A DNA stretch of 64,000 nucleotides from Centroscyllium fabricii (GCA_051313645.2 JBNRSN020000028.1:15128001-15192000); one strand, 5' to 3'; shown: positions 11,500 through 25,141, numbered from the stretch's first letter. Numbers and translations are program-made. Notes: generated by a model not told the origin, from the sequence alone.

Positions 11500-11887
11500 T
11501 GTCGCACGGTGGCACAGTGGTTAGCACTGCTGTCTCACAGCACTGGAGACGCGGGTTCAAATCCAGCCTCGGGTACTATCTGTGTGGAGTTTGCACATTC
11601 TCTCCGTGTCTGCGTGGGTTTCCTCTAGGTGCTCCGGTTTCCTCCCACAGTCCAAAGATGTGCGGGTTAGGTTGATTGGCCATGATCGATTGACCCTTAG
11701 TGTTAGGGGAGATTGAATGTTTGGGGTTGCGGTGGGATGTGTGTTGGTGTAGGCTCGATAGGGATCGAGGGATGTAGGGAGGGGGCAGGGGCGGGGTGCT
11801 GGGTTTGGATGATCAGCCATGATCTCATTGAATGTCGGAGCGGGCTCGAAGGGCCGAATGGCCTACTCCTGCTCCTAGTTTCTATAT
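11500..11887 (+). mobile_element. tRNA-derived V-SINE (HE1-like) with CR1-derived 3' tail
   Basis: A box GGTGGCACAGTGG, B box GGTTCAAATCC, V-domain ctgtgtggagtttgcacattct...tgcgtgggtttcctc. The tail matches the CR1 3' end at ~4030-4115. Confidence 0.88.
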
Positions 11888-12671
11888 TTCCCGCAGGGCA
11901 ACGTTATGCAAAGAACAACAAGCCACCACAATCCTTGCCACTTTCAGAGGTGAATACTGTAAGGACCCCCCTGACATGTCCAGGCACTGGAAGCATGATT
12001 TCAGAACACCGATTGTCCTCTCCACCACATGCCGTGTGGACCCCTGTGCCCGGTTGTATCTCTCCTGAGCCTTATCATTGTGCAGTAGGGAGTCATCAGC
12101 CATGGTCTTAGCGGCTAGCGCCTGTCACCCAATAGCCATGCACATTCTGGAGGCAATGTGATGAGGGTGCCATATAAGTCCGAATTACGGAGGACAAAGG
12201 AGTCATGAGCCATCCCCGGTGATCTGCATTCATGTTTAGGGTCATGAGGTACGCATCATCACAGACTATCATGACATTCAATGAGTGAAACCCCTTCCTG
12301 TTGATGTATGTCACAGGTGCCTCCAGTGCTGCCTGCAATGCAATATCAGCTCCATCTACGGCCCCAATCACTTTGGGGAATCCAGCAATGCTATAAAATG
12401 TAACGGCCATCTCCCTGGCGAGTGGACAAGTCAAAGTCTATGAACTCTGAAGCCCTACAGAAAATGGCATCTGTGACCTGGTGAATGCAGGCCAACGCAG
12501 CATTCTGGGAGATGTTGGAAATGTCACAGGTGCCTGTCTGAAATGATGCACTTGCAAAGAATTTCAATGCTCTGGTTACCTTCATGTTCACTAACAAGGC
12601 AGTGCGGGTCTTTGAGCGTGTTTGAAAGTCCTCCTTTCAAATGTCACATAGTCAGCCGATTGCCTCTTTAC

Positions 12672-13983
12672 TGAAAAATAGAAACACAGAAAATAGGAGC
12701 AGGAGTAGACCATTCGACACCTCGAGCCTGCTCCGCAATTCAATGTGATCATGGCTGATCATTCAATTTCAGTACACTGTCCCTGCCTTCTCCCCATATC
12801 CGTTGATCGCTTTAGCCTTAAGAAATGTATCCAAATCTTTCTTGAATATATTTAATGAATTTGCCTCTACTGCCTGCTGTGGTAGAGAATTCCACAGGCT
12901 CACCACTCTCTGGGAGAAGAAATTCCTCCTCATCTCTGTTCTAAATGGCTTACCCCTTATCCTTAGACTGTGACCCCTGGTTCTGGACTCCCCCACCATC
13001 GGGAACATCCTTCCTGCATCTAGTCTGTCCAGTCCTGTTAGAATTCTATACGTTTCAATGAGATCCCCTCTCATTCTTCTAAACTCCAGCGAATATAAGC
13101 CTAATCGACCCAATCTCTCCTCATATGTCATTCCTGGCATCCCAGGTATCAGCCTGGTGAATATTCGCTGTACTCCCTCCATGGCAAGAACATCCTTCCT
13201 TAGATAAGGCGACCAAAACTGAATGCAATACTCAAGATGTGGTCTCACCAAGACCCTGCACAACTGCAGCAAGACATCCTTGTTCCTGTACGCAAACCCT
13301 GTTGCGACGAATGCCAACAAAACCATTTGCCTTCTAAACCGCCTGCTGCACCTGCATCCTTACCTTCAGTGACTGGTGCACAACGACACCCAGGTTTGCC
13401 ATTCAGATAATAATCTGCCTTCTTGTTTTTGACACCAAAGTGGATAATCTCGCATTTATCCACGTTATATTGCATCTGCCATGCTTCTGCCCAATCAACC
13501 AACCTGTCCAAATCATACTGGATTTTCTTGGCATCCTCCTCACAGCACACTCGCTTACCCAGCTTTGTGTCTTCTGCAAACCTGGAGATATTACATCTAG
13601 ATCCCTCGTCTAGATCATTAATATATATATTGTGAAAAGCTGGGGTCCAAGCACCGATCCCTGCGGTACTCCACTAGTCACTGCCTGCTACTCGGAAAAA
13701 GACCCGTTTAGTCCAACTATTTGCTTTCTGTCTGCAAACCAGTTCTCAATCCAAGTCAATACCTTGCCCCCAATCCCATGTGCCTTAATTTTACACGCAG
13801 GACCTTATGGAAAGCCCTTTGAAAGTCAATGTACACCACATCCACTGGTTCTCCCTTATCTAATTTGCCAGGTACATACTCAAAAAATTCCAGTAGATTA
13901 GTCAAGCACGATTGTATATTCATGTTGACTTTGTCCAATCCGGTCACTATTTTCCAAGTGCTCTGCTATTACATCTTTTATAA
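12672..13983 (-). mobile_element. CR1 LINE, mirror copy of 6942-8271 at the same insertion site
   Basis: ORFs 12769-13326, 13245-13550 and 13756-13947. Junctions match those of the left-arm copy. Confidence 0.92.
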
Positions 13984-14226
13984 TGAAGCGCAGCCTCCTC
14001 ACACACAACTCGTCTGACAGCATCTCAAATGACAGCCTCTCCCTGTCCTCTCTCTGGGGTGGGTAGTATTTCCTTCGGATCAGGAGACGGTGATGGTTCC
14101 TCAGTCATCTTTGTTCCCTGGCATTTCCAATTCTCTGATGCACAATCGTACCGAGGATCAGGGCAACATCGTCAAAGGGCATGTTTCTCTCTCACAGGCT
14201 TCCTCTTGTGCATACCTGAAACCAGC

Positions 14227-14263
14227 ATTTCTGAAGAATGGTCATCGACCTGAAACGTTAACT
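14227..14263 (+). ncRNA. Minimal type-I hammerhead ribozyme motif (Penelope-like element), stem I degenerate
   Basis: CTGAAGA-at-GGTC-atc-GACC-t-GAAA-CG-TT-aact. Confidence 0.5.
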
Positions 14264-14339
14264 CTGTTTCTCTCTCCACCGATGCTGCCTGGCCTGCTGA
14301 GTATTTCCACCGATTTCTGTTGTTATTTCCGATGTCCCT

Positions 14340-14584
14340 ACAGGTGAGTACACAGCGCGCACCCACCCGTAGGCATCGGAATATCCGGGCCATTGTTCCA
14401 CAGACAGGATTCCAGTTAACTCCCTCGCCACTGGATGGCGCTACAGCACCACATCTTTGCCCATCACTTTCAGAGCTGTCAGTTTAACAGTTTCACATGT
14501 GACAGCTGGGGATTCCAGGAAATACTTCTGTCTCTTAATACCGCACAAAGCGGTGTATTTAGGGCAAGAGCCTGCACATGAACT
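14340..14584 (+). pseudogene. Decayed V relic (family D), mirror of 5618-5870
   Basis: ..RAVSLTVSHVTAGDSRKYFC, then CAAAGCG (14546-14552), 23 bp, ACATGAACT (14576-14584). Confidence 0.6.
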
Positions 14585-14729
14585 GCAGGTGTCACGGCAC
14601 GGGTGACTGACAGCGAACTCTCAGTCACTGACTCTCATGGCCTAATGTCAGAGTGAGGGCGATGAGGGAGGATAACAAAATGAATATCAGTGTGTCATAC
14701 ACAAATAGAGAGTTGCATCGATCATAGGC

Positions 14730-17700
14730 CCTGCATCAGTTACTACTGCACTAGGACATGTTTCTGTTTATATTACACGAGACCTTGTCTCGGCTATTAC
14801 TGCACGAAACCATATCTCTGTTTATATTACATTAGACCCTGTCTATGTTTACATTACACTCGACCCTGTCACTGTTTATATTACACTAGACCCTGTCTCT
14901 GTTTATATTACACTAGACCCTGTCTCTGTTCATATTACACTAGACCCTGTCTCTGTTTATATTACACTAGACCCTGTCTCTGTTTATAATACACCAGACC
15001 ATGCCTCTGTTTATATTACACTAGACCCTATCTCTGTTTACATTACACCAGACCCCGTCTCTGTTTATATTGCACTAGTCCCTGTCTCTGTTTATATTAT
15101 ACTAGGCCCTGTCTCTGTTTATATTATACTAGGCCCTGTCTCTGTTTATCTTACACTAGACCGTGTCTCTGTTTATATTACACTAGACCCTGTCTCTGTT
15201 TATATTACACTAGACCCTGTCTCTGTTTATATTACACCAGACCATGCCTCTGTTTATATTACACAAGACCCTATCTCTGTTTACATTACACCAGACCCTG
15301 TCTCTGTTTATATTACACTAGTCCCTGTCTCTGTTTATATTATACTAGGCCCTGTCTCTGTTTATATTATACTAGGCCCTGTCTCTGTTTATCTTACACT
15401 AGACCCTGTCTCTGTTTATATTACACTAGGCCCTGTCTCTGTTTATATTACACGAGACCCTGTCTCTGTTCATATTACATTAGATGCTGTCTCTGTTTAT
15501 AATACATTAGATGCTGTCTCTGTTTATATTACACTAGACCCTGTCTCAGTTTATATTACACTAGACCCTGTCTCTGCTTATATTACACTAGGCCCTGTGT
15601 CTGTTTATATTACATGAGACCCTGTCTCTGTTTATATTACACTAGACCCTGTCTCTGCTTATAGTACACTATGCCCTGTCTCTCTTTATATTACACTAGA
15701 CCCTGTCTCTGTTTATAATACACTAGATGCTGTCTCTGTTTATATTTCACTAGACCCTGTCTCAGTTTATATTACACTAGACCCTGTCTCGGTTTTTATT
15801 ACACTAGACCCTGTCTCTGTTTATATTACACTAGACCCTGTCTCTGTTTATATTACACTAGACCCTATCTCTGTTTACATTACACCAGACCCCGTCTCTG
15901 TTTATATTGCACTAGTCCCTGTCTCTGTTTATATTATACTAGGCCCTGTCTCTGTTTATATTATACTAGGCCCTGTCTCTGTTTATCTTACACTAGACCC
16001 TGTCTCTGTTTATATTACACTAGACCCTGTCTCTGTTTATATTACACTAGACCCTGTCTGTGTTTATATTACACCAGACCATGCCTCTGTTTATATTACA
16101 CAAGACCCTATCTCTGTTTACATTACACCAGACCCTGTCTCTGTTTATATTACACTAGTCCCTGTCTCTGTTTATATTATACTAGGCCCTGTCTCTGTTT
16201 ATATTATACTAGGCCCTGTCTCTGTTTATCTTACACTAGACCCTGTCTCTGTTTATATTACACTGGGCCCTGTCTCTGTTTATATTACACGAGACCCTGT
16301 CTCTGTTCATATTACACTAAACCCTGTCTCTGCTTATATAACACTAGGCCCTGTCTCTGTTTATATTACACGAGACCCTGTCTCTGTTTATATTACACTA
16401 GACCCTGTCTCTGCTTATATTACACTAGACCCTGTCTCTGTTTATATTACACGAGACCCTGTCTCTGTTTATCTTACACTAGACCCTGTCTCTGCTTATA
16501 GTACACTAGGCCCTGTCTCTCTTTATATTACACTAGACCATGTCTCTGTTTATATTACACTATACTCTGTCTCTGTTTATATTACACTAGACACTGTCTC
16601 TGTTTATATTACACTAGACCCTGTCTCTGTTTATATTACACTAGACCCTGTCTCTGTTCATATTACACTAAACCCTGTCTCTGCTTATATAACACTAGGC
16701 CCTGTCTCTGTTTATATTACACGAGACCCTGTCTCTGTTCATATTACACTAAACCCTGTCTCTGCTTATATAACACTAGGCCCTGTCTCTGTTTATATTA
16801 CACGAGACCCTGTCTCTGTTTATATTACACTAGACCCTGTCTCTGCTTATATTACACTAGGCCCTGTCTCTGTTTATATTACACGAGACCCTGTCTCTGT
16901 TCATATTACATTAGATGCTGTCTCTGTTTATAATACATTAGATGATGTCTCTGTTTATATTACACTAGACCCTGTCTCAGTTTATATTACACTAGACCCT
17001 GTCTCTGCTTATATTACACTAGGCCCTGTGTCTGTTTATATTACATGAGACCCTGTCTCTGTTTATATTACACTAGACCCTGTCTCTGCTTATAGTACAC
17101 TAGGCCCTGTCTCTCTTTATATTACACTAGACCCTGTCTCTGTTTATATTACACTAGACCCTGTCTCTGTTTATATTACACTAGACCCTGTCTCTGTTTT
17201 TATTACACTAGACCATGTCTCTGTTTATATTACACTAGACCCTGTCTCTGTTTTTATTACACTAGACCATGTCTCTGTTTTTATTACACTAGACCCTGTC
17301 TCTTTTTATATTACACTAGACACTGACTCTGTTTATATTACACTAGACCCTGTCTCTGTTTATATTACACTAGACCCTGTCTCTGTTTACATTACACTAG
17401 ACCCTGTCTCTGTTTATATTACACTAGACGCTGTCGCTGTTTATATTACACTAGACCCTGTCTGTGTTTATATTACACTAGACCCTGTCTCTGTTTTTAT
17501 TACACTAGATGCTGTCTCTGTTTATATTACACTAGACCCTGTCTCTGTTTATATTACACTACACCCTGTCTCTGTTTATATTACACTAGACCCTGTCTCT
17601 GTTTATATTACACCAGACCCTGTCTCTGCTTATATTACACTAGACCCTGTCTCTGTTTATATTACACTAGACCCTGTGTCTGTTAATATTACACTAGGCC

Positions 17701-20700
17701 CTGTCTCTGTTTATATTACACTAGACCCTGTCTCTGTTTATATTACACTAGACCCTGTCTCTGTTTATATTACACTTGACCCTGTCTCTGTTTATATTAC
17801 ACTAGACCCTGTGTCTGTTAATATTACACTAGGCCCTGTCTCTGTTTATATTACACTAGACCCTGTCTCTGTTTATATTACACTAGACCCTGTCTCTGTT
17901 TATATTACACGAGACCCTGTCTCTGTTTATATTACACTAGACCCTGTCTCTGCTTATATTACACTAGGCCCTGTCTCTGTTTATATTACACGAGACCCTG
18001 TCTCTGTTTATATTACACTAGACCCTGTCTCTGCTTATATTACACTAGGCCCTGTCTCTGTTTATATTACACGAGACCCTGTCTCTGTTTATATTACACT
18101 AGACCCTGTCTCTGTTTATATTACACTAGGCCCTGTCTCTGTTTATATTACACTAGACCCTGTCTCTGTTTATATTACACTAGACCCTGTCTCTGTTTAT
18201 ATTACACTAGACCCTGTCTCTGTTTATATTACACTAGACCTTGTCTCTGCTTATATTACACTAGGCCCTGTCTCTGTTTATAATACACTAGATGCTGTCT
18301 CTGTTTATATTACACTAGACCCTGTCTCTGTTTATATTACACTAGACCTTGTCTCTGTTTATATTACACAAGGCCCTGTCTCTGTTTATAATACACTGGG
18401 CCCTGTCTCTGTTTATATTACACTAGGCCCTGTCTCTGTTTATATTAAACTAGACCATGTCTCTGTTTTATTTCACTAGACCCTGTCACTGTTTAACTTA
18501 CACTAGACCCTGTCACTGTTTAACTTACACTAGACCCTGTCTCTGTTTATATTACTCTAGACCCTGTTTCTGTTTATATTACACTAGACCATGTCTCTGT
18601 TTATATTACACTAAACCCTGTCACTGTTTAACTTACACTAGACCCTGTCTCTGTTTATATTACACTAGACCCTGTCTCTATTTATATTACACTAGACCCC
18701 GTCACTGTTTATATTACACTAGACCCTGTCTCTGTTTATATTACACTAGGCCCTGTCTCTGTTTATATTACACTAGACCATGTCTCTGTTTATATTACAC
18801 TAGACCCTGTCACTGTTTAACTTACACTAGACCCTGTCACTGTTTAACTTACTCTAGACCCTGTCTCTGTTTATATTACTCTAGACCCTGTCTCTGTTTT
18901 TATTACACTAGACCATGTCTCTGTTTATATTACACTGGACCCTGTCTCTGTTTATATTACACGAGACCCTGTCTCTGTTTATATTACACTAGACCCTGTC
19001 TCTGTTTATATTACACTAGACCCTGTCTCTGTTTATATTACACTGGACACTGTCTCTGTTTTTATTGCACTAGACCCTGTCTCTGTTTATATTACACTAG
19101 ACCCTGTCTCTGTTTATATTACACTAGACGCTGTCTCTGCTTATATTACACTAGGCCCTGTCTCTGTTTATATTACACTAGACCCTGTCTCTGTTTATAA
19201 TACACTAGATGCTGTCTCTGTTTATATTACACTAGACCCCGTCTCTGTTTATATTACACTAGACCTTGTCTCTGTTTATATTACACAAGGCCCTGTCTCT
19301 GTTTATATTACACTAGACCTTGTCTCTGTTTATATTACACTAGGCCCTGTCTCTGTTTATATTACACTAGACCCTGTCTCTGTTTATAATACACTAGATG
19401 CTGTCTCTGTTTATATTACACTAGACCCCGTCTCTGTTTATATTACACTAGACCCTGTCTCTGTTTATATTACACTAGACCCTGTCTCTATTTATATTAC
19501 ACTAGACCCCGTCACTGTTTATATTACACTAGACCATGTCTCTGTTTATATTACACTAGACACTGTCACTGTTTAACTTACACTAGACCCTGTCTCTGTT
19601 TATATTACACTAGACCATGTCTCTGTTTATATTACACTAGACCCTGTCACTGTTTAACTTACACTAGACCCCGTCACTGTTTATATTACACTAGACCATG
19701 TCTCTGTTTATATTACACTAGACCCTGTCTCTGTTTATATTACACTAGGCCCTGTCTCTGTTTATATTACACTAGACCATGTCTCTGTTTATATTACACT
19801 AGACCCTGTCACTGTTTAACTTACACTAGACCCTGTCTCTGTTTATATTACTCTAGACCCTGTCTCTGTTTATATTACACTAGACCCTGTCACTGTTTAA
19901 CTTACACTAGACCTTGTCTCTGTTTATATTACATTAGACCCTGTCTCTATTTATATTACACTAGACCCCGTCCCTTTTTATATTACACGAGACCCTGTCT
20001 CTGTTTATATTACACTAGACCCTGTCTCTGTTTATATTACACTAGACCCTGTCTCTGTTTATATTACACTAGACCCTGTCTCTGTTTATATTACACTAGA
20101 CCCTGTCTCTGTTTATATTACACTAGACCCTGTCTCTGTTTATATTACACTAGGCCATGTCTCTGTTTATATTACACTAGGCCCTGTCTCTGTTTATATT
20201 ACACTAGACCCTGTCACTGTTTAACATACTCTAGACCCTGTCTCCGTGTATATTACACTAAACCCTGTCTCTGTTTATATTACACTAGACCCTGTCACTG
20301 TTTAACATACACTAGACCCTGTCTCTGTGTATATTACACTAAACCCTGTCTCTGTTTATATTGCACTAGACCCTGGCTCTGTTTATATTACACTGGACCC
20401 TGTCTCTGTTTATATTAAACTAGACCCTGTCACTGTTTAACATACACTAGACCCTGTCTCTGTGTATATTACACTAGGCCCTGTCTCTGTTTATATTACA
20501 CTGGACCCTTTATCTGTTTATATTACACTAGACCCTATCTCTGTTTATATTACACTAGACCCTGTCTCTGTTTATATTAGACTAGACCCTGTCTCTGTTT
20601 ATATTACACTAGAACCTGTCACTGTTTAACATACACTAGACCCTGTCTCTGTTTATATTACACTAGACCTTCTCTCTGTTTATATTACACTAGACACTGT

Positions 20701-21200
20701 CTCTGTTTATATTACACTAAACCCTGTCTCTGTTTATATTACACTCGACCCAGTCTCTGTTTAACTTACACTAGACCCTGTCTCTGTTTTTATTACACTA
20801 CACCCTGTCTCTGTTTATATTACACTAGACCCTGTCTCTGTTTATATTACACTAGACCCTGTCTGTGTTTATATTACACTAGACCCTGTCTGTGCTTATA
20901 TTACACTAGACCCTGTCTCTGTTTATATTACACTAGACCCAGTCTCTGTTTAACTTACACCAGACCCTGTCTGTGTTTATATTACACTAGACCCTGTCTG
21001 TGTTTATATTACACTAGACCCTGTCTCTGTTTATATTACACTGGACCCTGTCTCTGTTTAACTTACACTAGACCCTGTCTCTGTTTATATTACACTAGAC
21101 CCTGTCTCTGTTTATATTACTCTAGACCCTGTCTCTGTTTAACTTACACTAGACCCTGTCTCTGTTTATATTACACTAGACTCTGTTTAACTTACACTAA
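14730..21200 (+). repeat. 27-bp satellite array (GTTTATATTACACTAGACCCTGTCTCT)n, about 6.5 kb
   Basis: Tandem units seen directly, in opposite orientation to 2857-5480. Confidence 0.97.
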
Positions 21201-21769
21201 GGCTAAGGAATCTATAATTCACTGGATCTGTTGTTCGGGTCCTGGCTGCAACGCCGGGAGGGAGCCCGATAAGATGCGGGGCGCCGATCGGACATCGCGA
21301 TTAAGCGAGGGAGCTCGGAGGACCCGGGAGGAGCCGGGATTGGGCACCTGGAGGAGAGCTAGGCCCCAGGCCTTGGTCTGGAGTTCGGAGGTCGGGGGAG
21401 CCGGGATTGGGCACCTGGAGGAGAGCCAAGCCCCAGGCCTTGGTCTGGAGATCGGAGCTCGGGCCGAAACGAGTCGAGTGAAGAGTAACCAGGCAGGGAC
21501 AGCGGCAGAGCAAGTTAACGGAGCGGGAGAGTTGAATTAACACCGAACTGAGAGGCCGGAGCAGGATCGGGACGCACGATAATGGCGGGAGAATGGCTGA
21601 CGTCTTGTGGGTCCGTGCGTGCCGGGCAGCTCAATGTGTTCGTGTCCTTGTGTGTATATATCGGTGTGTTTATGTCTGTGTTTATGTCTCTGTGTGATTC
21701 TGTCTTTGTGTCTCTGTGTGGATATGTCTGTGCTCGCATATGTCTGTGTCTGAGTATGTGGGTGCTTAT

Positions 21770-22100
21770 ACTGACCAAGGCGTCTAAGGCAGCACCTCCC
21801 AAACCCACGGCCTCTCCCACCTAGAAGGACAAGGGCAGCAGGCGCTTCGGAACACCAACTCCTGCAGGTACCCCTCCAAGTCACACACCATCCTCACTTG
21901 GAAGTAGATCGCCGTTCCTTTATCGTCACTGGGCCAAAGTCCTGGGACACCATCCCTCACAGCATTGTGGGAGGAGCTTCACTACACGGACTGCAGCTGT
22001 TCAAGAAGGCGGCTCACCACCAAATTCTCAAAGACAATTAGGGATGGGCAGTAAATGCTGGTCGTGCCAGTGACGCCCACATCTCGGAACGAATAGAAAA
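21770..22100 (+). mobile_element. 3' fragment of a second CR1/L2-clade LINE family
   Basis: Same sequence (cacctcccaaacc..ctagaaggacaagggcagca..ggctcaccac..tagggatgggca) as the 3' part of 43575-44340 (-). Confidence 0.7.
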
Positions 22101-22501
22101 GTCTCTCTACGTGCACCAGTCTGTGTGTGTGTCAATGTTTGTGTGCGGGTCTATATGCATACACAACTTTTACGTGTGTGTATGTGTTTGTATATGTATA
22201 TATCAGTCTGTATGTGTATATGTCTATATATATGTGTGTGATGTGTATCTTTTTGTCTGTGTCTGTGTTTCCAATGCAGTAGGTCAAGCTTGTACTGTCC
22301 ACAGGAGGGCGCCCTCTGATCACTTGCTGAAGGATGTGATCCCCCAACTACAGGAAGTGACGGTTTGAGCGATAAAAATGGGCGGAGAGAAGAAATCCCA
22401 GTCGATCTGATGAGATCACCGCGCTGTTTCAGTTCCTCCCGTTCCAGGCCAGGTAAAAGCAGTGATCACAGTGCCTTGTTTCTGGAGTCCAGTTTGGAAC
22501 C

Positions 22502-22984
22502 ATGGAAGTGAAACTCTGCCTAACTCTGGTTATTGTCCTGATCACAGGTGGGTGATATTGGAGCCATCCTGCAACATTCCCAATTGCTCAGTAAATTTCC
22601 CATCTCCATTTCCGGGAGAATATTCTCTTTATTTAATCCGTCTAACCCGCTGTGTGCCCGCTGTTTATTTTCAGAGCCGAGTAACGGAGAGTCGGTGTCC
22701 CAGCCAGAACAAGGAGTCGGATCAGAAGAAGGAGCAGATTCAGCAATAACCTGCAGTTACTCTGTATCGAGATCAGCTACAAACTATGACCTCTTCTGGT
22801 ATCGCCAGTATCCCCTCCAAGCCCCTCAGTATCTGCTCAGAGCCGATAGTTATGGGTATAACGAGACAGCTCCGGGCTTTGAACGTTTCAGCGGGAATCT
22901 CAACCGGACACAAGGCACTTTTCATTTATCCATGAAAGGCTTGAAGATCACAGACAGCGCCGTGTATTACTGTGCCCTGAGACT
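22502..22984 (+). CDS. TRAV: TCR alpha/delta V segment, family B copy 2 (leader 22502-22547, V exon 22675-22984), apparently functional
   Basis: Inverted paralogue of B1. ...ITCSYSVSRSATNYDLFWYRQYP...DSAVYYCALR, open frame. Confidence 0.92.
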
Positions 22985-23023
22985 CACAGTGAATAAAGTT
23001 CCCTCGGCCCCCATACAAAATCA
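22985..23023 (+). other. 23-RSS of V segment B2
   Basis: CACAGTG, 23 bp, ACAAAATCA. Confidence 0.9.
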
Positions 23024-23849
23024 GGTCGGCATAGGGGAAGAAGGGTGAGATGGGACGGGTTGTCCTGCTGCACCTCAGGAAAATACCAGGGATTGACTTC
23101 CCGAGAGTTTGTACAGAAACTGAATGGGAACATACAGCCTGGTCCGATCGGGTTTCTCCAGTTATGTCAGTGCTGTCCGTCTTGGGATCAGAGAAATTTC
23201 TCAACCAGTTTAACACAGGGTAAAGTTCAGATATTTCCACCCCCAATGTTAGCACAGACCTTCAGATTTCTGGGATGAATAACAGGATCAATTACTACAA
23301 GTAAAAGTCCTGGAAGTGGTACAAATCCTGAAGTTCATATTTGAAAAGCTCTCTCGCAGGTGCCGAGGGCTGTCCACTTATCATATCCCGCTTAGTCTTG
23401 AGGTTATGCCGAGCAATGGAGCGAACTCAGTGATACCGGTGATAGAGAGTCGTTTAAATTATATTTCGCCTTAAACCTTACTGAGAGAAAGAGTGAGAGA
23501 GAGAGAGAGAAAGAGAATGACACCAAATTAAACACCGAGTGACACCGAGACAGAAGAGAGAGAGAGAGAGAGAGAGTCAGAGACAGACAGACCGAGACCT
23601 GCAGACAGACAGAGAGACAGAGAGAGAAAGATACTCACATAGCTCGGTTTGATCCACAACTAACTCTGATTGGTGCACAGCGGGTGTCAGTTCTGAGATA
23701 CCAGCCAATCCTGGCCCTGGGAAACGCCCCTCAGTCTCCCAATAAGTGAATTCTGCCCCTGATCTGAGTTTACTCTGTTATATAAGAACAGAAGGGTTAA
23801 CATATTTAAACCGATCTGCTGTTTTGTGTCTAAATCTAACCCAGACACC

Positions 23850-24281
23850 ATGTGCTCCCCGTGTTTCTTACTGATAATAATGGCCGTGCTGCCCGGTGAG
23901 TCTATGTTTAAAGGGTCAGTGTGTGTTCCAAGGGTTCTCCTCACTCCCAGACTCTTGACACATTCTGTGTTTTGTTACAGGAACGAGTGGCAAAGAATCC
24001 GTGTCCCAGGATCCGGCTGAGTTAACGGTTCAGGAGGGACAGACCGTAATCCTGAACTGCAGTTATTCCGAAGCAGGTTCTACTCTGTTCTGGTACATTC
24101 AGTATCCCGGGGAAGCTCCGAGATATTTACTGAAGAGATACAGCTCGGAGTCAGGAGACAAGTCTCCAGATTTACCAGACAGGTTCTCTGCTCTTTTGCA
24201 CAAAGAAAACAAAACGTTTCCTTTAAATATCACCAGGGTTCTTGTGGTGGACAGCGCCGTGTATTTCTGTGCTATGAGCCC
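23850..24281 (+). CDS. TRAV: TCR alpha/delta V segment, family A copy 2 (leader 23850-23895, V exon 23981-24281), apparently functional
   Basis: Inverted paralogue of A1. LNCSYSEAGSTLFWYIQYP...DSAVYFCAMS. Confidence 0.93.
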
Positions 24282-24319
24282 CACACTGCTGCAGTTACAG
24301 CGGATCCCGGACAAAAACC
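24282..24319 (+). other. RSS (22-bp spacer) of V segment A2
   Basis: CACACTG, 22 bp, ACAAAAACC. Confidence 0.9.
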
Positions 24320-24343
24320 CAGACTGAGAGTTCCAGTCAGTGC

Positions 24344-24358
24344 TCACCAGAGGGCGCT
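24344..24358 (+). promoter_or_regulatory. CTCF-like motif about 25 bp downstream of the A2 RSS
   Basis: TCACCAGAGGGCGCT against the core consensus CCASYAGRKGGCRS. Homologues at 761-775 and 63924-63938. Confidence 0.6.
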
Positions 24359-24663
24359 CACACTGAGAACCAGCAGCGACCATTCAGCCTTCACTGGGAC
24401 CCTCTTAAAACAGAAACACAACACAACCCTCAATAATTACAGGTCAGCACTCCTGGCGGAATATTTCGGTGACATAAACTCGTATTGATAATAAAAATGA
24501 ACTTCACAAATTATGTCTATGGCACCTTAACTCCCCTTTTGCCATTTCCCTATTGTGTATAATTCTGGGCATCACACCTTAGGAAGGATGTCAAGGCCCT
24601 GGAGACGGTACAGAGGAGGTTTACCTGGATGAAATACATACGATCCTTAAAACGTAGCCTCAC

Positions 24664-24699
24664 CGGGCAGCACGACCAGCAGAAACATGTGGAGCGCAT
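24664..24699 (-). pseudogene. Orphan family-A leader exon, mirror of 421-456
   Basis: ATGCGCTCCACATGTTTC...GTGCTGCCCG|gtgagg followed by a CR1 fragment (LRKDVKALETVQRRFT on the + strand). Confidence 0.65.
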
Positions 24700-25141
24700 G
24701 GTGTGTGGTTTAGATGGGAGTCTCCGGCTCTGATACCAGAATAACATTAACCACTGCCCTTCACCGCTCTCACCTCACAGACTGACGCTGCTAAAGGGCG
24801 AACATTGGGTTCCATCTCCGTCCAGTTCTGAAGAGCAATTTCACTCCGTGCTCGGCTCCCCGCTCTGACCTCATGAATTGCGAACAAAGGAGCTGTGAGC
24901 TGATTGGTTGAATTAGAAAACAAAGGAACTACAAATTGATTGGATGAATTGGAGAACAAAGGGCCGAGAGACGATTGGATCTCAGCTGCTGACTCTATCG
25001 GGAACACACCAATCGGCAGAGAGACCGGATATTAATTAACATGTTCCCAATTGTTGACGACAAGACAATTTCAGCTGCCAAACCTTCTGTTCATATAGAA
25101 AGAATTTTTTTTTTGATATCCACCATCAACTCTCCGCAAAT

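Larger units (their letters stand above)
11353..14182 (-). mobile_element. Second, inverted copy of the Harbinger transposase pseudogene
   Basis: ORFs 11882-12103, 12108-12434 and 12391-12597 (GAVDGADI, YINRKGFHSLN, VVERTIGVLKS) mirror 6743-9220. Confidence 0.88.

Noticed and set aside
11500-11575. tRNA genes (also at ~31630-31700 and ~61650-61715)
   Set aside because: These are tRNA-derived SINE heads continuing into SINE bodies, not complete cloverleafs.
6743-14182. Domesticated HARBI1 gene, or a RAG/Transib-like transposon in the TCR locus
   Set aside because: Motifs are PIF/Harbinger-type, not Transib/RAG1. Both copies have stops, frameshifts and nested insertions, and I found no RSS-like terminal repeats.
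14690-21200. Long ORFs of (PVSVYITLD)n and (PCLCLYYTR)n, also at 2996-3428 and 37856-39789
   Set aside because: Translation artefacts of the 27-bp satellite. Both frames stay open only because the unit is a multiple of 3.
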